A stretch of 64,000 bases of DNA. Source: Octopus sinensis (lineage: Eukaryota). The notes below the pieces were generated by a model that worked only from the letters and a program-made list of their open reading frames with translations, searched no databases and was not told the DNA's origin. Shown here one piece after another: positions 40,631 to 52,551 of this stretch; position 1 is the stretch's first letter; every line of letters begins with the position of its first letter. The DNA lies in assembly GCF_006345805.1 (NCBI RefSeq), contig NC_043002.1, positions 60,636,001 through 60,700,000 on the forward strand. The letters run 5' to 3'. The position numbers and the translations under genes are program-made.

Positions 40631-41909
40631 TCGATTAAAAAGGTGGTGTGCTGTATATGGTGTATGAACGTCAGGGAAATGCTCTGCGCATCACATTTGA
40701 TATATATGACATTGTATGGTGTCAGATTACATGGAAAGAACACCCTTGTTTGTGACACAACTGCAGTGATGTATAAGTAAGTCTTTATGTGTTTACATTA
40801 AATTCTGTACTAACGATTAACATGGGTCGAGAAGCTGAGTTTATTCGCATGAAGAAAAACAGCTGTTTGAAAATCGGTAAAGCATTTGGTTCAAACCAAT
40901 TGATTTCCTTATATTTGAGTTTATTTCCTAAGATACAGGGATACAAGATTCTCTCATATACAGTTATTGTGATTTTATTTCTTTCGTGCAAAATAAATGG
41001 TACCAAAGTTCATAATATGTAGATGTCTGAAAATTATACCATGTAGAAGAAACACGCATTTGGTTGCACTAATCTTGACTGTTGTATCGTATTTACAATT
41101 TACATGAATATCTTCAGGGAATTTGTAAAGATTTCATGTCTTTTGAAATACGACCAAAGAGATATTGTGTAAATATCTACATGCAGTAGTATATCATGGA
41201 TTTTACACCATCGAGAATCTAAATATTGACTAAGAGCTAAACGTAAATAGGGTTTCCTCTTTAAATGACTACAATTTATTAGCTGTGTCTCATTGGAGTA
41301 GCTCAAAGGTGAATAATGTAAAGCTCTAGAGCTGTATAGCCGTGTGGAATCGAATGAGATGTTTCATGATAATATAGGATGCAACATAACTAATTCATAG
41401 ACACATACAGATTGAAACAACACATGCATCACACACACACATATAAGTATGTACGTATGTATGTATACCAACGCATATATATGTGCATGTATATTTATAT
41501 ATAGATAGATAGATACAGATCTATATATATATATATATATACACACATATGTATGCGTGTATTTATCTTTGTATATATATGATATTTACGTATATCATAT
41601 ATGTCTGCTTATGTATATACATTGATAGATAGATATATTTACGCACATGATATAAATTTTATTGTTTCTGAAGGGCCTGGGGATACTAAAGCTTGAAATG
41701 AAAATCGTTTCTACTCTGCTACAAAGACATTTACTCAATTACATCAAATGTACTTAACAGGCTGGTTAAAGGTCACTTTGCATTTCGTAAGTTATGCAAT
41801 GGGCGTTGAACTTTCAAAACTCTGCTGTTAAATTCATTTAGTTTACCCATGGATCAGAGCATGGGTCACGTTTCCAATAAATAATACACACAGATACACA
41901 CACACGCAT

Positions 41910-42018
<109 letters not shown>

Positions 42019-42468
42019 GTACACATAAACAAGTCTGAAATTGATTACTTTTCTCTTGTGAAGAAATGTGTGGGGAGGTGTTAGGACTCTGCCGAGCGCC
42101 CTCTCCCTTTTGGTAAATGAATCTGCCCTGAAATTATTCATCGTTGCCCCCAACACTATAACGATTATAAATCATAAACGATTGAAAATATACAGATGTA
42201 TTCACTTGCCTTATACGTATTTATATGCTTACTCGGTCTCTTTCTCGCTCTCTCGTTCATGTCTTCGCTGTCAATTATATGCTCTACAGAATATTTGCAG
42301 TTCTGAATAGGAATACGGAACTGCCCAACGAGGGAATCGTACAAGTACCAGCGTACCAGAATTTCTTTAGAGATTGAGTACTACGTAATTGGAATCTTCT
42401 GTATTGCCAGCATCTACACCAATTTGTGAGATAATATATCAGCCAGCATAATTTATCCTTCAAATACA

Positions 42469-42505
<37 letters not shown>

Positions 42506-42588
42506 TCTCTTTTTTTCTCTTTCTCTCTCTCTCTCAGCATATATATATACATATATAGAAACATGCATGTACTATATGTATATATTTC

Positions 42589-42628
<40 letters not shown>

Positions 42629-42642
42629 TATATACATAATTA

Positions 42643-42745
42643 TAACAAGGGTCGGCTTGATGTTTCACCACGCAGCGTAACAAATAGACGCTAAAGTCCT
42701 TTTTACCACTTTAAATGTAGTAAGGTATAAAGCGGACACCTTGTA
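42643..42745. mobile_element. Possible ~100-bp Tc1/mariner-type mini-MITE
   Basis: Imperfect TIRs taacaagggtcggctt / aagcggacaccttgta. Confidence 0.35.
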
Positions 42746-42806
42746 CTTGCTACCTAGTAAAATTATTATTGATTTTACCCTTTATTTTAAAAATTATATA
42801 TATACA

Positions 42807-43010
42807 TATTCTTTTACTTGTTGCAGTCTTTTGACTGCGGCCATGGCGAGGCACCACCTTAAATGGGTTTAGCTGAAGACATTTTCCCAAGGACTTATTC
42901 TTTGTATGCCTAGTACTTATCCTATTGGTGGCGTTTGCCAGGCTGCTAAAATCCAGGGACATGAACCCACCACCATCGGCTGTCAAGCAATGGCTGAGGG
43001 ACAAACATAT
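42807..43010 (-). mobile_element. Family 1 SINE 3' module
   Basis: ttgactgcggccatgg...cctagtacttatcctat...ccatcggctgtcaagc. Confidence 0.7.
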
Positions 43011-43625
43011 ACACACACAAATAAATTCACACACACATACATATAAATGTATATATATGCATATATACATATACATATACTTAGATTTTGATCTGTATTA
43101 GTAATTTTTTAATATATATTTATGAATGTATAATTTTGGTATTGTATTACGATATCTTTATGGTTTCCATTATTAATCTTCAATTTTTTAGTGGAATTTT
43201 GAAAGATATGTTTGTATTCTCCTCCCGTAGTTTCCTATCCAACTTTGTTTTATGGTCTTGGGTAAAAGTTTTTCATACAACACCATGTAGTAAGCCTAAA
43301 GTTTACATAAGAAAGAATATTATCCAGTGTAACAGCTAGAGTCTCTAAGTTTACAACTTTCAGTGTTACAGTCAAGTTTATACATCGGTCAGTTTGACGT
43401 AATTTATTCAGTGGTCTATATGCCTATCGTATCTTATTGATAATGTTATTCCTTTAGTTTTTATCATGGGAAGGTCATTACGCCAATAATAATGAAAACT
43501 AAGGCACTGGTTTAATTTCACTTATGTATTGTTAGTCAGTTGGTTAGTTGATTCAGTGAATCAACCATTTCTTGAATCTGTTGGTTAAACAGTTAACCAG
43601 TTGTTGTTAGTTAAAGCACATTCAC

Positions 43626-43748
43626 CACCATTCGCGAGATCATCAACTGCAGGTCTTATTTCCTCTCTATGTGCTTCGAGTCTTGGCTGATTCTCCCAAA
43701 ATACAAGATTTGTTTCGACGCACGTGTTCACACCAAGAAATTTGAAAA
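43626..43748 (-). other. Candidate isolated 123-nt coding exon (unidentified host gene)
   Basis: Unique sequence with an AG acceptor (43750-49), a GTGAAT donor and symmetric phase, and an open frame FKFLGVNTCVETNLVFWENQPRLEAHREEIRPAVDDLANG. No recognised homology. Confidence 0.25.
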
Positions 43749-44743
43749 CTAATTACAAATACGAAGTTTGCATTTACGATTTTGTAATATATAAATAACT
43801 TAATTTCATACCGGATTATGACGCATTTTAAGTTATATTTTACGCGGTTTGCTTTGTCAGTTCGATATTCAAATATATTTATTCATATCGCTATATGTAT
43901 ATACAAATATATATGAATTAAACGCATACAGTCCTATTTTCCTTTTATGGTAGAAAAATCGAAAACAGCATTGTACAAAATAATGTTATTACAAACCTAC
44001 ACTACATATTTGCCATGAACGACTCGTTTTATAATTCTCTGTATTTCTCTTAATTTTATTAAATTTCTGCCAATGATGAATAGCTCAAAGCCTAATCAAG
44101 AGAGAAAGAAAAGAAAAAAATATCTAAAGATTGCTAGCATCTTAACTGATATAAAATAACATTGTCAAATGTGTATTAGTTAATGGAGGTTATGAGTTAT
44201 AAATATATTGGGGCTTTAATGGTATTGCCTGCAGTAATTTTGGTATGGAAGGTGACTAGGCTTTCCTTAAAATAAATTTGTTAGTTATACACAATATTTC
44301 ACACAATTTAGTCAATGTTTACACTTAATTTAAAATTTACAAAATGAGAATTGAATTTTACTTTTAAAGATAAGATATTGCAATCCTGCAGAGGGTTACT
44401 GAACCGAAATATGTCAAAGTCAAGTTCGTAACAGATATTGCCGATCAGTTTTGTTTTGTTTTATTTTTCTATTGTGTATGAATTAAATATTCAGCATTTA
44501 GTATTTGACTAAACTTGCAGCCCCTTTCAGTTAAACTCAGTATGTGTATGCAATTTATAAGAATGGCAGACTGAGAGAGCAGAAGGGAAAAAATTAAGAA
44601 GACAAATAAAATATTTCACACATTTAAAAATGAACCCAAATACAAACACGCGCGCACAAACACACACACACAAATATATATATAATATATATATAATATA
44701 TATATATATATAATATATATATATATATTATATATATTATATA

Positions 44744-44792
<49 letters not shown>

Positions 44793-44793
44793 C

Positions 44794-45180
44794 GCGCAGG
44801 AGTGGCTGTTTGGTAAGTAGCTTGCTAACCAACCACATGCTTCCGGGTTCAGTCCCACTGCGTGGCATCTTGGGCAAATGTCTTCTGTTATAGCCCCGGG
44901 CCGACCAATGCCTTGTGAGTGGATTTGGTAGACGGAAACTGAAAGAAGCCTGTCGTATATATGTATATATATAAGTGTGTGTGAATATGTTTGTGTGTCT
45001 GTGTTTGTTCCCCTAGCATTGCTTGACAACCGATGCTGGTGTGTTTACGTCCCCGTCACTTAGCGGTTCGGCAAAAGAGACCGATAGAATAAGTACTGGG
45101 CTTACAAAGAATAAGTCCCGGGGTCGATTTGCTCGACTAAAGGCGATGCTCCAGCAAGTAAAAAGAGAAAAAGAGTAAAA
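44794..45180 (+). mobile_element. Family 1 tRNA/CORE-type SINE, best-preserved copy
   Basis: A box TGGCTGTTTGG (44803-13), B-box-like GGTTCAGTCCC (44846-56), CORE-like cttgggcaa, short internal TA/TG tract and 3' module. Confidence 0.9.
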
Positions 45181-45419
45181 AAGAGTATAATAAAATATTA
45201 GGGAATAAATCTAAACTTACAGGGAAAAATCAGATTTAGGATTGAATCCAATTTTATAGTAAAATATTATATTATATTAAATTAGAGATAAAACCACTAT
45301 TAGGCAAAACATACAATGAAAAACTTAAGCCAATACATAAGATTAATTAATTTATATTATTTTAAATATATATTAAAATTATTAAAAAAAGACAATTAGT
45401 ATGACACTACGACTCAGGC

Positions 45420-45469
45420 AGGCCAAAGACTTGTGAGTGGATTTGGTTGACGGAAACTGAAAGAAGTCA

Positions 45470-45544
<75 letters not shown>

Positions 45545-45770
45545 GTATATATATATTATATATATATATATGTGTGTGTGCATGTGTGTGTATGTGTTTG
45601 TTCCCTCCCCAACATCGCTTGACAACCGATGCTGGTGTGTTTACGTCTCAGTAACGTAGCGGTTAGTCAAAGAGACCGATAGAATAAGTACTAGGCTTAC
45701 AAAGAATAGGTCGATTTGTTCCAGCATGGCCACTGTCAATTAACTGAATCAAATAAAAGAATAAAAGAAT
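45420..45770 (+). mobile_element. Family 1 SINE, 5'-truncated
   Basis: cttgtgagtggatttgg...(TA)n...gacaaccgatgctggtgtgtttacg...ccagcatggcc. Confidence 0.8.
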
Positions 45771-45989
45771 ATATTTAAATGTGCGTCTGTATGTGTGTGT
45801 ATGCCTGCGGTTATTTATATTACTGAGAATGACTTCGAAATTTCATCGAAACTTCGAACTTACTGTCACTAAACTTCTTGCTTAAGAATAATAAATTTGT
45901 AGTCAACAAAAGTATATAGTCACCCTTTAGAGCAATGTAATATTGTATTTACTATAGCTGAACAAAAAACACATATTAACGTAACATAT

Positions 45990-46395
45990 ATGTGTGTGTG
46001 TGTGTGTGTGTGCGTGCGGGCGTGTCTTTGCGTTTGTCCTATATTTGACCCCACCGCCACTTGACAACCGATATTGGTTTGTTTATATCTCTGCAACATA
46101 GGGTGCGGCAAATAAGACAAAAAAGAGCAGGTATAAGAGTAAAAAATGAGATAAAAATACGATGTCCAGCCATGGCTGCAGTTTAATGAGCGAATTTCGC
46201 ATAAATTAACAAGTAAAGATATAAACAAACAGGTGCATGCGTGCTGGTGTGGTAAGAAGCTTACTCCCCAAACACATGGTTTCAGGTTCAGTCCCACTAT
46301 ATGGCACCGTGGGCCAGTGCTTTCAACTATAGCCTCGGGCAAATCAAGCCCTTGTGATTGCATTTGGTAGACGGAAATTGAAAGATGCCCGTCGC
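45990..46395. mobile_element. Cluster of family 1 SINE fragments
   Basis: Degenerate right module and tail, followed by a plus-strand head/core at ~46235-46395. Confidence 0.65.
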
Positions 46396-46749
46396 AGAGC
46401 CTGTGTGTATGTGCAAGACAGAGAGAAAAAAGAAAGAGAGAGAAACAGATAAGGGAAAATGATAAGACTGCACCCTTTGAATTATATCTAGATGCTGACC
46501 TGTGGGACTCTATACGGCTTCGTTAATCTAATTTCATTCACATAGTACATAAAAAATGAAATTTATCAAAGTTGTGCAGTGATATCGAACCTGTGTACTC
46601 ATGTTTGCTAACAAGCGTGTTAAACACTCATATTCACGGGATCGATAAAATCCATCTCGTAATCGAAAATAATACTTTGGTTAGTGAATAATATACACAG
46701 GTTGGTTCCGAAGATAATAGGTTGTCCAGTTCTATATTAAGAGATGAAG

Positions 46750-46900
46750 AAGTGTGTACATTATTTACTTTATTTACATTTGACGAATATTTGTCTTCAT
46801 CTTGTTTGCTGTTAACACAACATTTTCGGTTGATATACCCTCCTACCTTCATCAGGTGTTCTGGGAACATTTCGAACCTTGGTACTCATTCCAAGATATT
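46750..46900 (-). mobile_element. 3' half (hammerhead tail) of a family 3 element
   Basis: The minus strand reads aacacCTGATGAaggtaggagggtatatcaaccGAAAatgttgtgtt (46860-46814) and matches 22261-22370. Confidence 0.8.
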
Positions 46901-46906
46901 TTTCGA

Positions 46907-46941
<35 letters not shown>

Positions 46942-46942
<1 letters not shown>

Positions 46943-47269
46943 TTTTTTTTTCTTCTTTCAAATTTTCTTCCATTTCTTGCCGAGTGTCTTCCCGACTCCT
47001 AGGGCAAAGAAAATCATAGTGTATATTGGTAGGCCATTAACCAAACTCAGTAGTTCGTTCATTTTTTTTTTTTTTTTTTAAGTTAAATTAAAATACATGA
47101 GCAGCAACAGTTCTCACATCGACAATGCTCTTCTCAATACGTGTGTGATGTACCAGTTAAGACAATCTTTTGCACTTCTTGCAGGGATGGTAAGCCAGGG
47201 ATCATTCTCATATAATTTTCGGTTCCCTTCTTGATCATTCCTAGTGCTCCTACGATCACTGGTATTGTA
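46942..47269 (-). mobile_element. R4/Dong family A, 3'-terminal ~330-bp copy in (TAA)n
   Basis: Near-identical to 47777-48100 and flanked by (TAA)n on both sides. Confidence 0.92.
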
Positions 47270-47308
47270 TTATTATTATTATTATTATTATCATTATTAT
47301 TATTATTA

Positions 47309-47350
<42 letters not shown>

Positions 47351-47354
47351 TATT

Positions 47355-47710
47355 GCCTTTGCACAGCTTCTAAAGCTGCAGATGCACTACAGTGTCAGCT
47401 GTTCATTACCAGTGAACTAACGTAAGACCTATTGTTTTCCGAGTGGTTCCGAGCCGTGCTGTTTTCTGCAAGTGCTCCAGCCCTATTACAGCTCCTATTT
47501 GTTCCACGTACTTCTCGAGATTTTTGCTCACTGTTTGCAGGGCTCCCACAATTATTGGTACTAATGCTACCTTTTTCATCGATCACAACCGCTTAACTTC
47601 CCAAGTTAACCTGTAATATCTCTCGACTTTTCTTTCTTCCTTGTCGCTCAAATCTTTGTTGGGTGGGCATGCTATATCTATGATCCAGCAATAGTTTGTT
47701 TTCTGCTTCA
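47355..47710 (-). mobile_element. R4/Dong family B, 3'-terminal fragment in (TAA)n
   Basis: Translates CWIIDIACP...RLTWEVKRL...VPIIVGAL...LQKTARLG and shares tgctggatcatagatatagcat with ~40530. Flanked by (TAA)n. Confidence 0.85.
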
Positions 47711-47723
47711 ATTATTATTATTA

Positions 47724-47776
<53 letters not shown>

Positions 47777-47777
<1 letters not shown>

Positions 47778-49736
47778 TTTTTTTTTCTTCTTTCAAATTT
47801 TCTTCCATTTCTTGCCGAGTGTCTTCCCGACCCCTACGGCAAAGAAACTCATAGTGTATATTGGTAGGCCATTAAACCAAACTCAGTAGTTCGTTCATTT
47901 TTTTTTTTTTTTTAAGTTAAATTAAAATACATGAGCAGCAACAGTTCTCACATCGACAATGCTCTTCTCAATACGTGTGATGTACCAGTTAAGACAATCT
48001 TTTGCACTTCTTGCAGGGATGGTAAGCCAGGGATCATTCTCATATAATTTTCGGTTCCCTTCTTGATCATTCCTAGTGCTCCTACGATCACTGGTATTGT
48101 AACCGCCTTGAGATGCCACATTTTCTCAATTTCAATGAGTAGGTCTTTATATTTTCTGAGCTTGTCAAACTCTTTCGCTGAGATATTATGATCACAGGGG
48201 ATGCTCATGTCGATCAATAAGCAAACTTTATTGTTTTGGTCTTTCACAACAATATCTGGTTTATTGGCCTTGATGGTTCGGTCTGTATGTACTGGAAAGT
48301 CCCACAGAATGGATACATTTTCTCCTTCAGTTACAGCCTCAGTGTGGTGATTATACCATTTGTCGGCAGTTTTGATATTGTAATGCCGACTTATTAGCCA
48401 GTGGAGATATTGGCCAACTCTGTCATGTCTTAATTTATACTCCACTGGTGCTAAGACTTTACATCCAGAGATTAGGTGGTCCACTGTTTCAATCATGTCG
48501 TTGCAGAATCGGCATTTTGGGTCTGCTCCATCTTTCATCACATTGGCCTGGTAGTTCCGGGTTAATAGGCTTTGGTCTTGAGCAGCCAGGATGAAACCTT
48601 CGCTCTCTGCTTTTAGCCCTGAGCTCCGCAGCCACTGATGGGTTCGCTTCTGGTCAACATCAGCTTTTTTGCTGCGGGTCACATATTTGCCGTGCAGAGG
48701 TTTCTCCTCCCACCTATCAGCCAATTGCTCGTGCGCTTTTTTCATTGCCATCATTTTCACCTTCTTTGCAACAATAGTTGCCGTACTTCCCTCGGGTTGT
48801 TCAGTTTGGGTATCCTGCACGAGATCAATAGCAAATTTTTTGCTTTCCTTGATGATAGAATGAAGCTTCTTTCGTCTCTCGTGATTTTCTACGAGCTTTA
48901 GCATCCAGTCATTCGATATTTCGAGATATTTGGCCAGTCCCATTGTGGTTGTTTTGTAAGCTAGTTCAAATTGGATCAGGCCTCGACCTCCTTGGGCTCT
49001 GGGAAGGTAAAGGCGATCTACGTCTGCCTTTGGGTGGTGCATCCTATTACAACTCAGCAGCTTGCGTATTTTTCTATCTATATTCTTTACTTCACTCATA
49101 TTCCAGTTCAACACATTGTAGCTATAAGTAACAACTGGAACTGCTAAGGAATTTATAGCTAACACCTTGTTACGTGCATTTAGTTCAGATTTCAGGACTG
49201 CACGAACTCTCCTATAACATTCCTTCCTGATTTTCTCTTTCATGCTTGCATGCTGAATACCAGAGCCTTCATTTATCCCTAAATATTTGTATGTCTGTTC
49301 TTGCTCAAGCTCTCTTATGACTGTGTCAACATCTAACACGACTGAATTTGTGGTCTTCACTTTCCCTTTCTGGAAAGTGGCCTTGGCACACTTCTCAAGT
49401 CCAAACTCCATCCCGATGTCATCGCTGAATGCTTTCACGGTGCGCAATAGGCCTTCAAGTTCATTATTGTCTTTACCATAAAGTTTTAAGTCATCCATAT
49501 AAAATAGATGGCTTATTATTTTATTGGCAATTTTATACCCATACCCTGTTCTGTTTAATTCACTTGTAAGGGGTATTAGGGCCATGCAGAATATTAAAGG
49601 TGAAAGTGAGTCACCTTGAAAAATTCCACAGTTGATGTTTATATTTTCTGAGGCAAGTACTCCATTAGAGTGGTATAATTGGAGATTCGTATTCCACAAC
49701 GACATATTGTGCTTCAGGAAGTTTGAAATCACATCA
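47777..49736 (-). mobile_element. R4/Dong-type RLE LINE family A, 5'-truncated, young
   Basis: Uninterrupted ORF plus ~170-bp 3' UTR, with (TAA)n at both junctions. Confidence 0.95.
47948..49732 (-). CDS. Reverse transcriptase C-half + CCHC zinc finger + restriction-like endonuclease (5'-truncated, 594 codons)
   Basis: GIFQGDSLSP, FYMDDLKLY, YKYLG, GGRGL, CRFCNDMIETVDHLISGC, RHD, KPDIVV...IDMSIP, K..KY. Confidence 0.93.
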   Translation of the reverse strand: MISNFLKHNMSLWNTNLQLYHSNGVLASENININCGIFQGDSLSPLIFCMALIPLTSELNRTGYGYKIANKIISHLFYMDDLKLYGKDNNELEGLLRTVKAFSDDIGMEFGLEKCAKATFQKGKVKTTNSVVLDVDTVIRELEQEQTYKYLGINEGSGIQHASMKEKIRKECYRRVRAVLKSELNARNKVLAINSLAVPVVTYSYNVLNWNMSEVKNIDRKIRKLLSCNRMHHPKADVDRLYLPRAQGGRGLIQFELAYKTTTMGLAKYLEISNDWMLKLVENHERRKKLHSIIKESKKFAIDLVQDTQTEQPEGSTATIVAKKVKMMAMKKAHEQLADRWEEKPLHGKYVTRSKKADVDQKRTHQWLRSSGLKAESEGFILAAQDQSLLTRNYQANVMKDGADPKCRFCNDMIETVDHLISGCKVLAPVEYKLRHDRVGQYLHWLISRHYNIKTADKWYNHHTEAVTEGENVSILWDFPVHTDRTIKANKPDIVVKDQNNKVCLLIDMSIPCDHNISAKEFDKLRKYKDLLIEIEKMWHLKAVTIPVIVGALGMIKKGTENYMRMIPGLPSLQEVQKIVLTGTSHVLRRALSM

Positions 49737-49738
49737 TA

Positions 49739-49794
<56 letters not shown>

Positions 49795-49865
49795 GGTCAC
49801 TGCCTGGAATCGAACTCGGAATCTTGGTGTTGGTAGCCTGCGCTCTTAACCACTACGCTACATGC
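49795..49865 (-). mobile_element. tRNA-like head of the split family 3 element
   Basis: gcatgtagcgtagtggttaagagcgc...ccgagttcgattccaggcagtgacc, matching 22177-22250. Confidence 0.85.
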
Positions 49866-49972
49866 ACCTGATTAAGACTGGAGGATATATCAGCCGAAAC
49901 GTTGTGTTAACAACAAACAAGATGAGGACAAATATCTGTAAAATATTTAAAAAATGCAAGTAATGTACATAA
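49864..49972 (+). mobile_element. Inverted family 3 tail fragment with a minimal hammerhead (core G8>U)
   Basis: gcacCTGATTAagactg-gaggatatat-cagccGAAACGTTgtgt, abutting the head in the opposite orientation. Confidence 0.75.
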
Positions 49973-50561
49973 CAGATTGTTTTTCGCTTGGTAGTGTAAG
50001 GCAGATGCATCTACAATAATTTCAGCTCTCAGGAAGTCGGTCGAAATACAAAGGGCTGTTAACTCTGCTCGAAAGTTGCCATGCCTCGTCCTACTCAGCA
50101 ACAGATTGCGCAAACATTCTGTGGTTTATCAGGTGCGTTGCATAATACCGCTGTCGATGAATTACTGTAGTTAGTGAGTGTGTTGTTCAACAATGGTAAC
50201 AGGAAAGGCCAACTTTTCTATCACTGTTCATATGCATTTAGGCACAATGTTTGATGGTAATTTGTTTAATTATTCTGTAATTGTATTTCTCACACTGTCT
50301 GCGTATGTGTGTGTGTGTGTGTGTGTGTGTGATGTTTAAGTCTAGCACTGAAATAGAACAGTTTCTAATTTTAGTACAAGGTAAGACGATAACAGTGACC
50401 TCAGTATTTTATGGGTATATATTTTATCCGTCACCGTAACCATGAAGGTAGAAGTCAACCCTAGTAGAATTAGAATTCAGAATATAATGGTCCAGAAGAA
50501 ATACCGCTAAGAATTTCTCAGACACCCTAAAATTATACCAATTCACCAAACTTTGACCCTG

Positions 50562-50802
50562 TAACATAGGGTGTCCAAAACGTCTCTCTGCAGTAAGTAT
50601 TTAATGGTTTTTGGGCGATTCTTGTACACTGGTCCTTTACTTGCTCCCCAGAAAAAAAGTCGGGCGATGTTAAGTCAAGTATTTTTGGTGGCCAAATTCC
50701 CTTCGAAAATATCCGTTCACCGAAAAACTCATGAAGTCGCGCCATGGCGATGCGCAGGATGAAAAAAATTCACTGCGGAGAGATTTTTGAACACTCTGTA
50801 TA
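50562..50802 (-). mobile_element. Tc1/mariner deletion derivative with ~30-bp TIRs
   Basis: TIRs catagggtgtccaaaacgtctctctgcagt / actgcggagagatttttgaacactctgta; internal frame ...GIWPPKILDLTSPDFF (decayed WPPRSPDL motif). Confidence 0.75.
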
Positions 50803-50974
50803 AGAAAACAACAGGATGAATATGAGCAGAACATCGCTCTCTTTACTGAAACTGGTGAATTATACCGCTCAATACATAAACAGTTGTGTTGGTTGCCTGT
50901 CGTTGGTAATAGTTGTGCTTACATCGCTCACTGTATGGTCCCAGACGTATGAAATACACCCCTTTCCGCAGATA

Positions 50975-51644
50975 TATACATGGTGGGTCAGAATTTATGA
51001 CTCACTTGTTAGTTATATTTATTAATATATTAATATGTATTAATACGCATATGAAGAAATAAAATAATATATTTAAACAATACAATAACAATAAAATATA
51101 CATATTAAAAAATATGACTATTAAGTGAGTCATGAACTGTGGCTCAACCTCTGTAAGGGAGTCATGAAATGTGGCCCAGCCTTTCTACGTAAGTCATGAA
51201 CTGTAGCCCAACCTGTATAAGTAAGTCATGAACTGTGGCTCTCCTGTATAAGTGAGTCATGAACTGTGGCCCAACCTGTATAAGTACGTCATGAACTGTG
51301 GCTCTCCTGTATAAGTGAGTCATGAACTGTGGCCCGACTTGTGTAAGTCAGTCATGAACTGTAGCCCGACCTGTATAAGAGAGTCATGAACAGTGGCCCA
51401 ACCTATATAGGTAAGTTATGAACTGTGGGCCAACCTGTATAAGTGAGTCATGAACAGCGAGTCATGAACTGTAGCCCAGCCTCTGTGTGTCATGAACTTA
51501 TAAATGATCCAACATTTATAAGTGAGCCCTGAACTGTGGCCAAACCTCTGTGAGTCATGAACTGTGGCCCAACCTGTATAAGTGAGTCATACACTGTGGC
51601 CTAAGCTGTATAAGTGAGACATAAACTGTGGCCCAACCTGTATA
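50975..51644. repeat. MITE whose right TIR is amplified into a ~17-copy 32-bp minisatellite (51123-51644)
   Basis: The unit agtgagtcatgaactgtggcccaacctgtata is approximately the reverse complement of tatacatggtgggtcagaatttatgactcactt (50975-51007). Confidence 0.8.
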
Positions 51645-51877
51645 ATTGCTTCAAAAAAAAAATCAATTCCCTAAAATCTTTCACAGCATTTAATTTCGAT
51701 TCTCTACATTAAAATACACAATAATTAATTACAGATTTTGGTATCCAAACAATAAATCGATTCAGTAGCTTCTAATGAATTAATCTAATTGATTCGTTTG
51801 CGAATATCACTTCTTTTACGTTTGTAAAGATATTCTACGCATGTATGACTTAAAGTTATACAATACAATCTATGTTT

Positions 51878-52551
51878 AGAAAATTATCAGTTTTAAATCT
51901 CACAATGAGAGATATTCAACAACCGTACTTTGGAGTAAAGATTTTTGCCAACATAACATGGCTGTCCTGCTTTAGGACGAATTCTGTCTCAAGAGACGTC
52001 GTCTCTAGCTGGCTATACGACACAATCTGTTTTTCTTATATTTTCGAACAAGGGGAACTAGCAACCTCACTCAACTCAAAATAACGCGCAAATCGCGATA
52101 CGCGGATATTGTTTTGAGATGAGTGGGTGTGCTAGATTCCTTTGTTCGAAAATGTAAGGACACAGATCGTGTCGTATAGCCAGCTGGAGATGATGCCTCC
52201 TAGGGCTAAATTACAGCAACATCCATCCTAAACCAGCACTGCCATGTTATGTTGGTAAACAATCTTTACTCCAATCTATGTTTACTTTAACACAAATGTC
52301 AACCAAGTTGCTTAACTTAATGGAACATTTGTTGATAGAAACATTATTATCTTCTGCAGAAGATAATAATAATTCAGTGGTGTGTGCCATGGTATCGAAC
52401 CTAATATCAAGTAGTAAAGATTGTTTGCCTACGTAACATAGCAGTCCTGGATTAGGACTAATTGTGCCATGTTATTTTGGAAAACAATCTTTACTACAAA
52501 GTATTGTTTCTGAATATCTCATGCTGTGAGATTTAAAAATAGTAATGTTCT
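51878..52551. mobile_element. Nested fold-back/MITE-like element
   Basis: Inner palindrome ~51932-52272 (e.g. agctggctatacgacac / gtgtcgtatagccagct); outer arms ~51878-51945 and ~52485-52551. Confidence 0.7.

Noticed and set aside
51123-51644. 32-bp repeats resembling a CRISPR array
   Set aside because: Units are contiguous with no unique spacers, there are no cas genes, the context is eukaryotic, and the unit matches a transposon TIR.
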